From the NCBI GenBank assembly GCA_032718475.1, contig JAUCBJ010006632.1, positions 1-64,000 of the forward strand: DNA of 64,000 nucleotides, given 5' to 3'. The stretch is from Nemertoderma westbladi. Taxonomy: Eukaryota; Animalia; Xenacoelomorpha. Below, piece by piece: positions 23,601 through 37,600 of the stretch. The translations under genes were made by a program, and so were the position numbers. Positions within the stretch are counted from its first letter, which is position 1; each line of letters opens with the position of its first letter. The notes beneath the pieces are model-generated. The model saw only the letters and a list, made by a program, of their open reading frames with translations, ran no database searches and was not told the origin of the DNA.

Positions 23601-26560
23601 TAGGCTCCACACCTTGCGCATGAGATACTTCAGACCTAACGGGTTGACACATTGTTACAAGGGGTGGTGGTATACCCTTTTGTAAATTTACTAATTTATC
23701 GCGTTCTAACGCGATATTTTGCTGCACTTCCTGCAATTCTAACCTACTTTCCTTTACTGTTCCCTTTAACTGTTGAACAGTCTCTTCTAACTCTCGGACC
23801 TGTTGGGAGGAGCGAATGTGATTCTCCTCCATCTTTCCGAGGAGAACGTCCATCCCCCGCCGTCTCTCGTCTACCCAATCAACCGCCGAAACGGGATCCG
23901 CCAACGTTGTAGCGGGCGGACGAGGGACAACGGGCGACAAACCATGAATATTTCGCTCGGAGTCCAGAGTATGAACTATCTCATGGGCTGTTCTGCTGGG
24001 CACAGGTAACTTAGTGCTGTGCAACGGGAATTGAGAGGTAGGTTCAGGGAGTACAGGTGTCTCTACGACCGAAAGTGTGACTTCGGGAACAGGCCTAACT
24101 ATTTCAGGCTCATCTACTATAGTAGGGAGTCTCTCTATTGTAATTATTTGTTCTGTGGGTTCTGTACTCGCTAAGTTGGTGTTATTTAGTTGCCTTCTAA
24201 CAGCTGGAGGCAAATCAGGCAATTTTTGACGGTGGAACGTTCTTTTACGTCTGCTTAGGCGAGATCGATTTCCTCCGCCTTCAGTGTCGGTGGTATCGCC
24301 TTCCTCAGATGATGTATAACCCTGTCTTTTGGGAGTCGATCGACTCATCATCTGCATATGTGGCTGGCCACGAGAAAAGGGACCTTATGTCGCAAAACCT
24401 GATTCTGAGATAATCGCGTTTAAAGTTTCCCTCTATTTTTGAACAAATTTAATTGGATTATCAATTTAGAAATGTATAAAACGATGAGGGAAATTCAAAT
24501 TGGTTCTGATATTCAATATACCTAGGAAATAACTAATTACAGGAAGCAATATAAGATGTTGCAGTATATAACACTGTCTTAGGGTTTTCATGTCTGAATT
24601 TAGGACTGTAATAAAATTGTAATTGCACTACTGTAATACAGTATGTAGGTACTGTAGGCCTACAGTTATTTTTTAAATGCAATATGGCTGTCATTTTCTT
24701 AATTTATCTTCGTTAGTTCTTAAATTTTGTAATCCCAATAAAGAATTCAAAATACAAATAATTTTAAATTTTGTTAAAAATATTTATCTTTTTGGAAAAA
24801 TTTTAAATTAAAAAAAAAAATTTTTTGGTTACATGTTTTTTTGAAAATTTTGCAAAAATTTTTTTAAAATAGTTCATGAACAATATTAATAGTTTCAAAG
24901 TGTTAAAAGTTGTATAAAAAGCCGAATAACATTGAGCTGCCTAACTATATAGTTAGAATGCTATGATATTATTAATCTTTTCCATTTTTTTAAATAATCG
25001 CTTATTATAACCGCTATTAATAAAATTAAAACTACCCGATTCACCTTCACATAAATCGCTATAACTTTTTTTTGGAAATAGATATTGAGACACCGTTTTT
25101 TTTGTTAGAATCTCTGGAAAATTCTGCATCTCATAGGCCTAATAACTCAAAATCGACCTCCGGTGACATAAGGTCCCTTTTCTCGTGGCCAGCCACATAT
25201 TACTAGCTACTAACTGTTTACTGAAGTCGTCTTGCTTCTCTTGAAGATTTTCCAACTCCAGTTGGATGATCTCTTCAGCCGCTCTCCGTTCTGCTTCCGC
25301 CACTGCTGCCGCTTTTGCCTCTGCCGCTGCCGCTTTTGCCTCTGCCGCTGCCGCTTTTCTTTCTGCCTCTGCCACTGCTGCTATCTTTCTGTCTTCTATA
25401 CGTTTTTTCCTTACTTGTTCTTCCTTTTCTCTAGCGATGCGGAGTTGTTCATCGAATTTAGCTTGGTTCGCCGCTAACCTATCCACATCAATTGCATCTA
25501 ACACAAGTTTGGCTCCTTCGCTATTAGGGCTAAGTCCCTCTAGCCTTCTCCTCAACTCTTCATCTCCCAAAGAACGCTGATAGTCTGACAGATAGATGTC
25601 AATGGCATCCTTCTTATGCGGTTTCTCTGCCGTCGCTTCACTTTCCACTTGGGAAAAAGTAGCGTCCGTCGATTCTCCATGGGTTGAGCGCTCCTCCAAC
25701 TGAGCTTTCCACTGAGCTGCTCCTTGAACCTGGCGTCTCACCCTTTGAAACCAAGTCTTTACGGCAACTTGCAACGACGTGTCTTGTCTTCTTTTAGAAG
25801 CCTCCTCAAAGGCTGATAAGATTAGCCTAATTCGCAGAATTCTTTCTCTAACTTGATAAAGCAGTTGTCCCTGCTCTTGAGGTCCTTGAGGTTGTTTAAA
25901 CAGTTGTTTTTCTACTCGCTCCATAGAGCTGAAGAATCCTTGTGCGTATCCGGCTGCGGACCTCTTCCATACAGCTGGATCGATGGTTTCCTTGGCTACT
26001 CCCATCCGGTGTATGTCTTCCCAGGCAGCTTCTGATAAATCAAACGGGAGTCCGGGTCCGGGGAAGTTCCATTGCGACTCGACAATAGACGTCAGTTCTT
26101 CCCTCGTGTATCCCGCATAACTATCTCTAGTTGATCGTTGACTTCTCGCCCAATCGATCTGGTGTTCTTCCACCGCGATCAATAACCTAGTGAGTACGGC
26201 TGCAGGAAGGATGAGAAGGGGATCCGTATAAACCGCATCCGTCATCTCTGCTCCGCGCTCGGGTGTCAGCTCTACAGTATCCTCACTACTGGAGCTGTTG
26301 GGCCGCTGAGGAATAAGTTCTTGACTCGCGGGTTGTTGCTGTTCCGCTGCTTCTTGGTCCCGCTTGACCTGAGCTCGGGTGCCTATGATAGACCTACGAT
26401 GTTGGACTAGCCTAGGTTCTGTTATTACTACTGGAGGGATGACCTTTCTCACAGTGGGAGGTGAACTGAACTTACGACTCGACGGTTCTATATCTCTATC
26501 TGAGTCGCAGATAGTTACATCTAATAAACTGTCTGACAGGTTCTGCTTAGTATCAGACAT
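17633..26560 (-). pseudogene. Element B gag-pol polyprotein (Gag, PR, RT, RNase H, IN)
   Basis: Triple knuckle, LLDSGS, YMDD, HVFGDAS, HAG..CIPC, GVDLFGP, SDKGTNF, WWGGSWER. Broken by a MITE (24360-25196), a frameshift near 20320 and four in-frame TGA at 19196-19207. Confidence 0.95.
24360..25196. mobile_element. Non-autonomous TIR DNA transposon (MITE), 837 bp
   Basis: Perfect 32-bp TIRs GTGGCTGGCCACGAGAAAAGGGACCTTATGTC, ATAT on both flanks, AT-rich non-coding interior. Removal restores B's gag frame (..LVASN-MQMMS..). Confidence 0.93.
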
Positions 26561-27889
26561 GTTTGTATGTACAGTTGAATGCCTACTGCTATATTACAGT
26601 CTAAGCAAGTCTAGTAATTCAGTATTAACTGCTAGCCTAGTAATTAACTACCGATACTGCTACTCAGTGCAGCGTGATATATATAATATATTAGAATACC
26701 GGTATGCTTATAGTATATATAAGTATTATTACAGACTATGTTTATCACAGAATACCGGTATAATTTTAGCACAAATATATATAAATATATAATAGGCCTA
26801 TCGGGAATACCGGTATACAGCTTACAGTTTGTAGTATATATAATTCTGGACTAGAATTAATTACAAGTACCGGTATAATTTCAGCCTAAATTTATAGAAA
26901 TAAAGATAATAGGCCTATCGTAAATACCGGTATATCAATTATTTTAAATAATTGAATTTCTGAACTTTAAGGGTTACTTGGTTACTCTACTTACTTTATT
27001 ACCGTTATTTGAGCAGTAGTCCAACTGATATTGAGACCTAATGGTTATATGGTAGGCCTACTATTTATAAATCGTTAGATTTGATTTATAATATATATAT
27101 ACCCGTTTTAATGGGTTTTGTCAATGTTTGAAATAAATGTTATTATTTCTGGGGAGTAATCACTACACAAAGCGGTGCGCTTTCAGTGAAGTGTTACTTA
27201 TAGGACACTAAAACAAATAATGCTAATTTACCTAAGTTACTTAATACTACAAATTACGTACAATTCGGGTGAGATTACAATCTCTAAATAAACACAAAAA
27301 TTTACAAAAAACACAAAATACGAATTTTTAGGGTAATTTTACAAGAAGTCTACAAACCAGCCTAACAAAGGGTTAGAAATCTGGTTATTACAACGGACAG
27401 GGTACTACGGTATTTGAAAATAATAAGTAGTAGTGAATACACTGCGCTGTCCAGATAGGAAAATACCACCGCCTGACGACCTATAGCCGTATCGCTATAG
27501 GTTCTACGTTATGTATCACGGAGTGTTCCTACCTAGAAGTTAATAGAGCTAATCGAACATGCCTATCAACCACTTTACAACACAAATATAATGCCTACAC
27601 TAATTACTTTCGGAAAGCACTGTACACTAAACCCTAAATTAGGTACGAGTACTTGTACAACAGATAATCAGTAGTTAAATATACTTGAACAGTTAAAAGA
27701 ACCACGGCATCTGCTGGAGTAACCGGTGCACAAAATCACCAGTCTTTACCTACGCCTAGCAGCCCGTGTAGTACCGGGGTTAGTTTAACTATAACGGTAT
27801 GTACAACAAACACAATTACTGTAGGAACAAACTTGGGGAATGAATGTTGTGAATAATCGCATAAACTCTGAATAATAAATATTACGCAA

Positions 27890-28450
27890 CGCGTACAAAC
27901 TACTCAAACAAAATGCAGACCAAATACCGACAGACTACCATCAAGCCTAAACAAACTACGGTATATGCAGACTCCGAAATGATTAGGTAGTATGCGTTCT
28001 AACCCAGTAGTACGACTTATTCTTTAGCTGGGGGTTTACCTTATAGCATTTGGCTGCCCCTACTTCCTAACCGTACTTAATCGGACAGGTGCTCTACACA
28101 CACTACAATCCGTTCAGACCTAATAACAGCCAGACAATTATCCAGCCTACAAATTATCTAAATAAATATTATACGCTACCTGTACAGACTTACACAAACA
28201 AAGTACAGACCAAACGATGGCAGACTACTATCAAGCCTAAATAAACTACAGGACATGCAGACTCCGAAATGATTAGGTAGTATGCGTTCTAACCCAGTAG
28301 TACGACTTATTCTTTAGCTGGGGGTTTACCTTACAGCATTTGGCTGCCCCTACTTCCTAACCGTACTCAATCGGACAGGTGCTCTACACACACTGCAATC
28401 CGATCAGGCCTAACAGCAATCAGACAACAGCTCAGCCTACAAATTGTCTG
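27890..28450. repeat. ~290-bp tandem duplication in element B leader
   Basis: GCAGACTCCGAAATGATTAGG... at 27967 and 28257. Single copy in A (~6180-6470). Confidence 0.9.
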
Positions 28451-28625
28451 TACAATCTGATCAGGCTTACACGCCTTCTGTTCAATACTGGCCTACAAAC
28501 AAATAAAACTTGACAGAAATAAGTAAAAATCTCAATAAAAAACCAGGGCTGCAGTCCCTGATTAATTATTAAGGCCTACCGGTATATAACTATCAAAATC
28601 GAATAATACTGCTGTACTTATACGG

Positions 28626-28747
28626 AAGTACCGGTTAGGACAGTTGGGCCTACGGACCTACAGAAGTACTGGTTCTGGCAGTTGGACCTACGGGCCTATG
28701 GCAGTACCGGTTCTGGCAGTTGGGCCTACTGACCTACAGATGTACCG
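28626..28747. repeat. Three ~37-bp degenerate tandem units in element B leader
   Basis: AGTACCGGTT.TGGCAGTTGGGCCTAC.GACCTAC-like units. Confidence 0.75.
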
Positions 28748-28817
28748 TTCAGGTTTACCGGTTGTCCGGTACTTTCAACTTTATTGCTTACTGCAATAAA
28801 GAAGCAATATCCTTTAA

Positions 28818-30011
28818 TGTTCGCGCTTTCAGACCTTTGGCAGTTTAACCCGCCAAATTAGGATGTCTTCTAGATATTAAATGGCCTTTTAGCCTATGAC
28901 AAGTATTTGATTCACTACACTAGTCGAAACCAATCTGTGCGCGATCATTCACCCGCTGGTTATACCCGGGAGATTGGGTTCGACGGCTTAATCTTATTGC
29001 TATGTAAGCCTAATGTATTATTCGACTGACAGTATTATATAATCTCTGACAATATTATTCACCTTCGGGGAATATTAACAGTTCCTTTAGGACGTGGCGC
29101 TCTATCTATATAAACAGAGTTATGACTTAAACTACTCACAACGATATGGTTTAGTTATAATTCACATATATGGCGCATTCTTTAGGAAATGCTTCTTTAA
29201 CAGACTCACTCATATACAATGCTGCACAATACTGCACACTAATCTGCCGATCTTCACTGATTTTAGTCACATATAAAAGGAACACAGACTGACTCATGTA
29301 GGGTCTATCAAATAACATTCGATTCACTTCAAACCACTTTAACATAAGTCACAATCGTTTATCTGTAACCCTTCTCTCTTACCTTCGGTATATCAAGAAT
29401 ATTGGGTTTCGGGGTTATTTATCGTTATTCCAAATATAATAATTCATCAACCATATTATGAATAACTGACAGTAAATAGCAGTATAAAACAACAACTGAA
29501 CACTGATTGTTATGAGTTTGCAATGTTTCAGCAGTTTGTATGGTCAGATCAGGTCAGCAGTTAAAGGATATATGTCCTTATAATTAAACCTACTAGTGTT
29601 GGGCTAAAAAGCAGAAAAGCACAAAACACTACAAAGCCGTTCTTTCGTGGCTTTGAAACTCGTGACTACTACTCTATACGAGGATACCAACTACACTTAT
29701 TCCACGAAGCTCCCGTTCAACACAGAGAAAGAGCAGTGAGATAGGAAAAATTCAGTTCAGTAGCTCTGTGATAGGTCAAAATCAAGGCTAACTCAAATTC
29801 TATTGGGAGATACAAAAACAGGGCTATGACGCAACCTTCCTAGGCTGGTTGGCCGATTAAACAGAGCCCAGATACCTGCGTACAGCAAATCAGCCAATAA
29901 GCTGGTAGCTTGCACTATTTTAACTATAGATCCCTTTTTGAGTATTCTAGCGACCGGGGGGGAACTGGCCAGCAAAGCAAACGAACCAGTTATCCCACAA
30001 AAGCTTTTACA
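28818..30011 (-). mobile_element. 5' LTR of element B
   Basis: Direct repeat of 13402..14595. Confidence 0.97.
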
Positions 30012-32907
30012 AACATCAAACGGTATATATACATGGACAACAATTTAAAGTCCCTCCCATCGGTGGAAGAAGCCATTGATGTTGCTAAGGGAACGGTAGA
30101 GTGCTTGAAACGCGGTGGATTTAGACTAACCAAATTCACAAGAAACTCCCGTGAGTTTCTGGAATAGATCCCGGTGGAAGATCAAGGTGTTAAAGATCTG
30201 GACCTTATCAAGGACGATCTTCCGAAAACCAAGACGCTTGGTTTGAAATGGGACACAGAGAGAGATATCCTGTTTTTCCAGCTAAAACGGCGAGATAATC
30301 CAGTTTGAACTAAACGGATTTGTCTAAGTATCCTGAGCACTTATTTCGATCCATTGCGATTTATTAGCCCCGTTATATTGGTTGCTCGGAGATTAGTACA
30401 ACAAATGTGGCTTGAAAACCACTCGTGGGACGATCCACTTAAGGGAGAACTACTAAAGAAGTGGATGAAATGGGAAGATTCTCTACCATCCATCGAGAAC
30501 TTAACGATTTCCTGTTCATATTTTGGTCACGTTCTCCCCACATATTCCTAACAACTCCATGTGTTTGGAGACGCCAGCGATATGGGAATAGGTATAGTAG
30601 CCTACCTGAGAGTTGAAACTCCGGTTGGAATTAAAGTTGCCTTGGTTACCTCTAAGGCCTTGATAAACAACAAACTACGAGTTCCTCGAGTGGAGTTGAA
30701 GGCGGCTCTATACGCTGAAGCCATCGGCCGGAATGTAACAGAACAGATCGACTATCCACTGGAGAAAACTGTCTATTGGACCGATGCTTTACTCGTTTTG
30801 GAGTATATAACCAATGAAGTCTGTCAGTTCAGCGTCTTTGTTACCAACAGAGTAGCCATTATACTTAGTCGCACTAATGTAGATCAATGGAGACATTGCC
30901 CTGGGACGATTAATCCAGCCGACATCGCCCCCAGAGGAGCGACTCCCCAAGAACTGATAGATACTCCAGACTGGTTAGGTGGACCCGACTTCCTAAGTAA
31001 AGAAGAAGATGAATGGCATCCTCATCTTACCACGGCTGAGATTAGACAAGCCAAGGGACCAGAAAATGTCAAACCTAAAACCCGGGCAAGTAAATTAAAG
31101 TTATTCAAACCCGTGATAGATCTGTCTGTACTACACATTTCTGGGGACGATGCTGTGGATCTCAACTCACCCGCCACCAATAAATCTGTTGTAGAAATCA
31201 GAGAAAGAGACTAGAAATCTGGAACACCAGACGTCTCGCAGGGACTCTCACCTCTCCTACAGAGAGCGATAAATCACTATAGTTCCTGGAATAGGCTTTG
31301 TAAGGCCGTCGTGTATTTAAAGCGATGCTTCCATCATTACTACTCCATGACAAAGATCGCTAGTGATACCGCTCCACTGACATCCGAGCAGGTCCATGCT
31401 ATTAAAGATCTTCCCAAATACAAAGTATCAGAGAGGTTTCTGACGGAGAAGATCAGTTACCAGGAGCATGAAGAAACCAATAAGCAGATGCTGAGACTCC
31501 TACAATTCTATAAAGATTCCAATAAGTATTTCCTGTTGTTGAGAAATCCACAGACGCGCTTAAGGGATCGGATCGTTCTCTAGCACAATGATAGATGGGA
31601 TAATACGTGTTGGAGGGAGACTAACTAATGCTCCAGTATCCTTTGACACTAAGTTCCCCATACTCATTAGAAATCTTGAAATACAAATCAAGATGATTGG
31701 AGATGTTCACAGTAGGCTTTACCATGCTGGTAGAGAACGAGTTCTTAGCGAAATTCGAACTTGCTATTATTTTCATAAACCCCGTAGAGCTCTCAACCAA
31801 GTTCTTAGGAACTGTATACCCTGTAGGAAAGCATTTAGTAGGCCTTTAACACAGCGAGAGGCAGAATTACCTAGGGAACGAGTAAGCTTTTATGAACCAC
31901 CCTTTACTAATACCGGTGTGGATTTATTTGGCCCTATTGAAGTATATCGTGCTAGGACTATAGTCAAGCGATGGTGTGTCATCTTTGTCTGTATGACTTG
32001 TAGAGCGATCCATCTAGATATGGTGAATGATCTATCTACCAACAGTTTCATACTGAGTTTACGCCGACAGATTGCTCGCTTTGGAACTAGCAACACGCTG
32101 AGATCTGATAAGGGAACGAACTTCATTGGCGCCAATAATGAGATCAACGCTTACGTTAGAGATTGGAACCAAAGACAGGTGGACGATCAGCTAAGGGTAA
32201 CAGCATCAACGCCGCCGATGCCCCTTGGTGGGGAGGAAGTTGGGAGAGATTGATAAGGAGCGTGAAGACCGCATTTCACTTTATAGTGCCTTGCCGCGCG
32301 TATCTCACCGATGAACTTTTTGCGGACGTTAATGGAGGAAATCGCTGCCTATCTTAACGAGAGACCGCTTATGCCAGTCTCATCCAGTCCCGACTCCCTA
32401 GAAGCGCTAACACCCGCGCATTTCTTACTGAAGAAACCTGTCGCCATGCTCCCACGATCGGAAATTACAGACGGAGACAAATACTGCCGACAAACTTGGC
32501 AGCTTATGCAGTTGTTATCCCGTCGTTTTGCTGACTATTTCGAAAAACATTATCTGCCTATGCTACAACTTCGAACCAAATGGTTTGCGCAGCAGGAAAA
32601 CGTCAGCGCCGGAGACATGGTACTTATTGTGGACTCAGATCTTTCACGTAAGCGGTGGCAGACAGGTCGTATAATCGAGACTCATCTGTCCGATGATGGT
32701 TTAGTGCGATCGGTAGAACTCGTCGTCATGCGAAGTAACTTTAAGAAACCTGGAATTGTGTTCGAGACACAGCAACTCAACCGCCCAGTTGGTCGTTTAT
32801 GTTTACTGGAAAGAGACAGAGTACTCTCCGGAAACTATGGAAGGCAAGATACTCCTCCCACGACCACCTCCCTAATCCAACAAACATCTAGGGACTCCCC
32901 AACGTAA
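30012..32907 (+). pseudogene. Element A RT C-terminus, RNase H and integrase
   Basis: YMDN (degenerate YMDD), VFGDAS, YWTDA, HCPGTINPAD, GVDLFGP, SDKGTNF. Several stops and frameshifts. Highly similar to B. Confidence 0.92.
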
Positions 32908-34613
32908 CAACGTACAGAGTGGGTGTGTGACTATACTATTTTATTTTATTTTTTTTTTTTTTATATTTATATATGTATTATTATGTAATTTTATTATAAT
33001 CGTTTTCTTTAATTTTATTTAGTAGAATGTTATTTTAGCGATTATTTAGTAGATTAGTGCAAAATATATATTCGTGTTTATTACTTAATACTTATATTAT
33101 ATATTTAGTTTAACTTTTAAAGCTTTAAAGCTTTCCTTACTGTCCGTATCATATTATAAATACGTGACTACAGTAAGATGAAATGTCCGTACTTATTAAA
33201 GTACAATAAAACTCCTACTATATTCAAGTATTATTGGTAAGTACAGTATTAGGAATGCAAAGTTCAGATCCTCGTGTCTCGGCTAAACCAAGCTCTGGGT
33301 AGACCTTGGAAACGACTTGCCTCTTCTCACTGACATTGCTTCTTGCAATATTGCTCTCATACCGTATATTAAATAATACATATAGTAGCGTAATGTCCCT
33401 TTAACAGTAGCGTACAACGCAAAATAAATCTGTTAAACCCTTTGACCATCTGTAATTCTAGTCGATTAAGATATCGCAGCACCCACCGATATACTTGAAA
33501 GACAAAATTCTAGAATCAGTGGTTAACGTCCCCAGACAAGTTCTGGAATAAATTGGTGCCCATCTTAAATATTAATTATTTAATATTTACGAAATCTATT
33601 TAGTCAAATACAATAGCGTAAACGCTAAGAAATTAAATCTAGAAAATCTACAAATTTAAATCTGTTACAATTTCGATCCTCTAAAAATTCTAGTCGATTA
33701 AGATATCGCAGCACTTACCGATACTCTTAAAAGACAAAGTTCTTCAAATTAAGGATCCTAGTCCCCAGACATGTTTGTTCTGGAATAAAATTTTTTTTTC
33801 TTTTTTAATATTAAATAATAAAATTTACAGGAATAAATTTAAATTCATATCCTCTCATGAATTTGATAAATTGTCATTTTATACAATTTATAACATTCCC
33901 AAAATTACATTAATTAATAGATCATGGGAGCGGAGATTCACCCTATTAAGTATATTAGTGCACAAGAATCTCCAACATATAGTCAATAGCCGATAAAATT
34001 CGTAAAATCGTGTATAAAGGGGAATATTGACAATTAAAGAATTACTATAAAATAGCATCCCAGATCTGTATGCATGAGAATTACACTAATTCTACTGCTA
34101 TCTTTCCATAATGTCACCATAGCAACAACCACGTTAGAATTAGAAGCGAGTTAAAAGAACAATAGAAAGCTTGCCCCATTGAATAGCATACGGAATAAAT
34201 AGCACACTGCTAGTATCCAGGGATACATAATAATAACGTGGCATTCTGGAAGGCACTTGACTAACAGACAAATGGCCCGAATGTGTACAATTTGTGACAG
34301 TTGTGTGGAATTTGTGCGTTTATAGGTGAATGTTACTACTAAAGTGTGTTTACAGTAGCGAGTCGCAGTTGTGAAAGTTGCCCTACCTCTGTAGCAAGAA
34401 CCTGAAGTAAATCTAAGCCCTTGGGACGGACAGTGGAGTGACTCGCGCTGGTTATTGTTGTCGTTGTATAGCTACTACGTTGGCGAGAGGCGCAGCAACG
34501 ACAGTACATCAGCGCAGAGGATCTTGCCCTGCCGGGGGCATTGAGGGGTAGGCAGCGATGACCGCTAGCCTAATTATAATTAATTATAATATTGATAAAC
34601 TCATATAGCAGCT

Positions 34614-37600
34614 ATGACTGAGTTGATAGAAGATGATCTTGGTATCAGGGAGCGATATACCCTACCGTTGCAAGCGTTTGTTGATAGCTTAATATGCGGC
34701 GACGATAGTCCCACTACTACGGAGGACGATGGCCGTTATATCGAACCGCCAATGTCGAAGGAACAACTCACGCGTGAATTGGACTATAGAAAATTCACCG
34801 CTCGCTATACACATCGTAATGGTACGTATATGGTCATCCTATCGATTTACACGATACGGACGATGTAGACACCGAAAGGGAAATGGTTCTATTTAAGTAT
34901 CATACCCAGCGGAGTCGGAAAGATAAACCGAGAATCGAACACAAGAATTCTATTCGAAACCGACTCGAAAGAGAAGACGTTGAAGAGCCGGATAAACGCA
35001 GTGACTTCAACGAATATCTGGAATTTTTGAGAGAAACATATCTCAATATTGCCAGTCAACAAAATCTAGAAACTCGATATCCTCAAGGTATACATCATGA
35101 CCCTATGATAGAACTCAAACGGCTCTATTTCACTATGATGTACCTTACCGCCGATCGACCGCTACCTGTTGTCCCGGATAGCTTCGAACAGATGGAGGAA
35201 ATTGTAAAACTGGAGAACGATCACCCGCGTTTCCCCTACAGGACGTGCGTCTTTGGTATTATTGCGATGAATGCCCTAGACCCAACCAGCAAACGGAAAG
35301 ACATAAACATCCGCGGAGACGTTGCACTAAACACAGTTTTACTCGCTATACTTACGGGAGTTTCGAGCGAAACTTGTTCGACGTATCACCCACGCTCGCT
35401 CGACTCAAACGATCCTTAAATAAACCCATGATCAGAGTTCCGGAATACTCGGTTAGACCTCCTCACTCCCTAGTAAGACCTCAAACTCTTGATCCTAATA
35501 GTATCACGGATCCTCCTGAACTGTATTCACTGTTCAAAGGTCTTGTGTTACCCGAACAATTAATCGGTGGCACTCCGGTAGTGGGCTCTCTAGATATTCG
35601 CCCATCCTACCTAGCCGGATTGGGACGCGGACATCTAATATCGCCGTTCAACCCATACAATCGTCCCGGTTTAACCCCGATACAACCCGTCACCAAAGTC
35701 AAGGAGAGCGTTATACGAAATGCGTTAGACTCTATTCGGCAGAAGATCGGAAAAGGAACTTACGATTGTTTAGAGAAACACAAATTGCAGCAACAAGTCC
35801 AAGCAGTGAAGGAGTTGGCCTTACCCCAGTTCGATCAAGAAATCAAGAACCTCGAGGAAGACATCGAACTTGGAGAAACCTATTCTCTACAAGAGTTTTT
35901 AAATGAACGCTTACAACGACAAGCGGAGGAAAATCAGCTCGAGGAGAAACACATCGAAATGGATGAGAGAGAAGAAGCAGCTTTAACCCAACCAGAAGCT
36001 CAAATCCTTATGACTGATCTCTATTCCAAAACCATCATTCATCCCTCAATGGTTCCCAATTTCGGAGACAAACTCTTCGCAACGGTACAACCCCAACTGG
36101 TTGATATCAACCTAAGATCCCGAGATCTTATCGCTGACGCTCCTATGTTACAGTGTCTGCCAATCGAGGCCGCTTGTGTCGACGGTATACTCGTTGAACC
36201 TCCGGACAATCGAGCGGATCTTGTCCGTCGTATGGTACACGAGGTCAACATACGCGCTAGACCTTTACCAAACTCGTTTTATGGGATCAAAGACCACCCT
36301 TATTATGTCAATCTAACTCAATATTATATGGTAAAACCTGAAGATCCGACACATAGTCTAAGGTTTCTACCACTAATAAATCCTCTCAACCTTGTCGAAC
36401 TCGAACAATTGCAGAAACATCTGGATCAGTTAGTAAAAGTAAACTCATTCAGAAAACCCTACAATGTTTCCAGAATAGAGAAGGATATAACGACTCCATA
36501 TAATCTCGATGGATTTATTAAAACTCGATTAGTCCATTGGAATCTCGACGTATTATTCGAGGAAGAGAGAATACAAAGATATGGAGATGTAGAGACGTAT
36601 ACTATACAGTATGTGGCGAATGCGCCACCTTGTGGCATCCGGTGGGGATTACCCTAGAGAACGCCACTAAAGAGTGGAACAAAACTCTTAACATTATCGA
36701 AATGTACGGAGTTGTCACTTATGATAACGAAGGTAGCGTTCCGGTCGGAGAACTGGGAACTACGCGCATGATACATATACGAGGACTATCTGGTTCTACC
36801 CACGTGTTTACTCGAGCGTGTTCCAACATGATTGATTATTCTTTTGAGACTCTCACCGAGATACAAAAGAAACTCCGACATGGACAATTCGAACTCGTGC
36901 AGCGTTACGTCACCAACACCGAGCGCAAACCGGCCATGGGTATTGATGGATTGATGTTACCCCAGCCCGTGCCGAGATGTTGTTTAACAAAAGAATCCTT
37001 AAAATCGGCTCAGCTGTTTATGGAGATCTCCAAAACGACTTCAGGAACATGGAGAATATCCCATATCCTTTCGTAGATATCCAGCTGATTGCTCCCTGGG
37101 CAGAAGGCCGAGGTTTCTTTCGAACTATGTATGCCAATACACCCAGCGGCATCAATAAAGTACAACGAACCTCCATCGGACATCTTGCTTTTCAAGAATA
37201 CGGATGGAATTTCAAAGTCAGAAACCCTATCAACTATCAACAAGTATATGGAGATCATTATTCTCGATTATACTTCGACGGACCATTGACCGCACCTAGC
37301 GTCGTGTATAGCTTCATGAGCGTTCCACTTCGTCCCTCATTAGCTATATACACTATCTTCGAAAACGCCGCACTTGTCGGTTGGCTAGCCGATGTGTGCA
37401 GTCGTACTATACGCGCCCATCCCTTGATACTTGGAACTAAACTCGCCAAGCTAGATAAACACAATAAATTCATCCGCTTTGAATGTTTTAGGCGATTCCT
37501 GACTCCGTTCCATAACGTTGATAGTCAGTTCAAGGACCGCGCTCTGACCAAGCTCAGCCAAAGAGACTCAGCTGCTGAGAAGTTAGACAGCGCTGGATTC

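Larger units (their letters stand above)
13402..30011 (-). mobile_element. Bel/Pao LTR retrotransposon B with both LTRs, inserted antisense in A
   Basis: 1194-bp LTRs at both ends and 5-bp TSD AACAT (13397-13401, 30012-30016). A's RT frame (..VIDNI|KRYIYMD..) rejoins across it. Confidence 0.97.
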
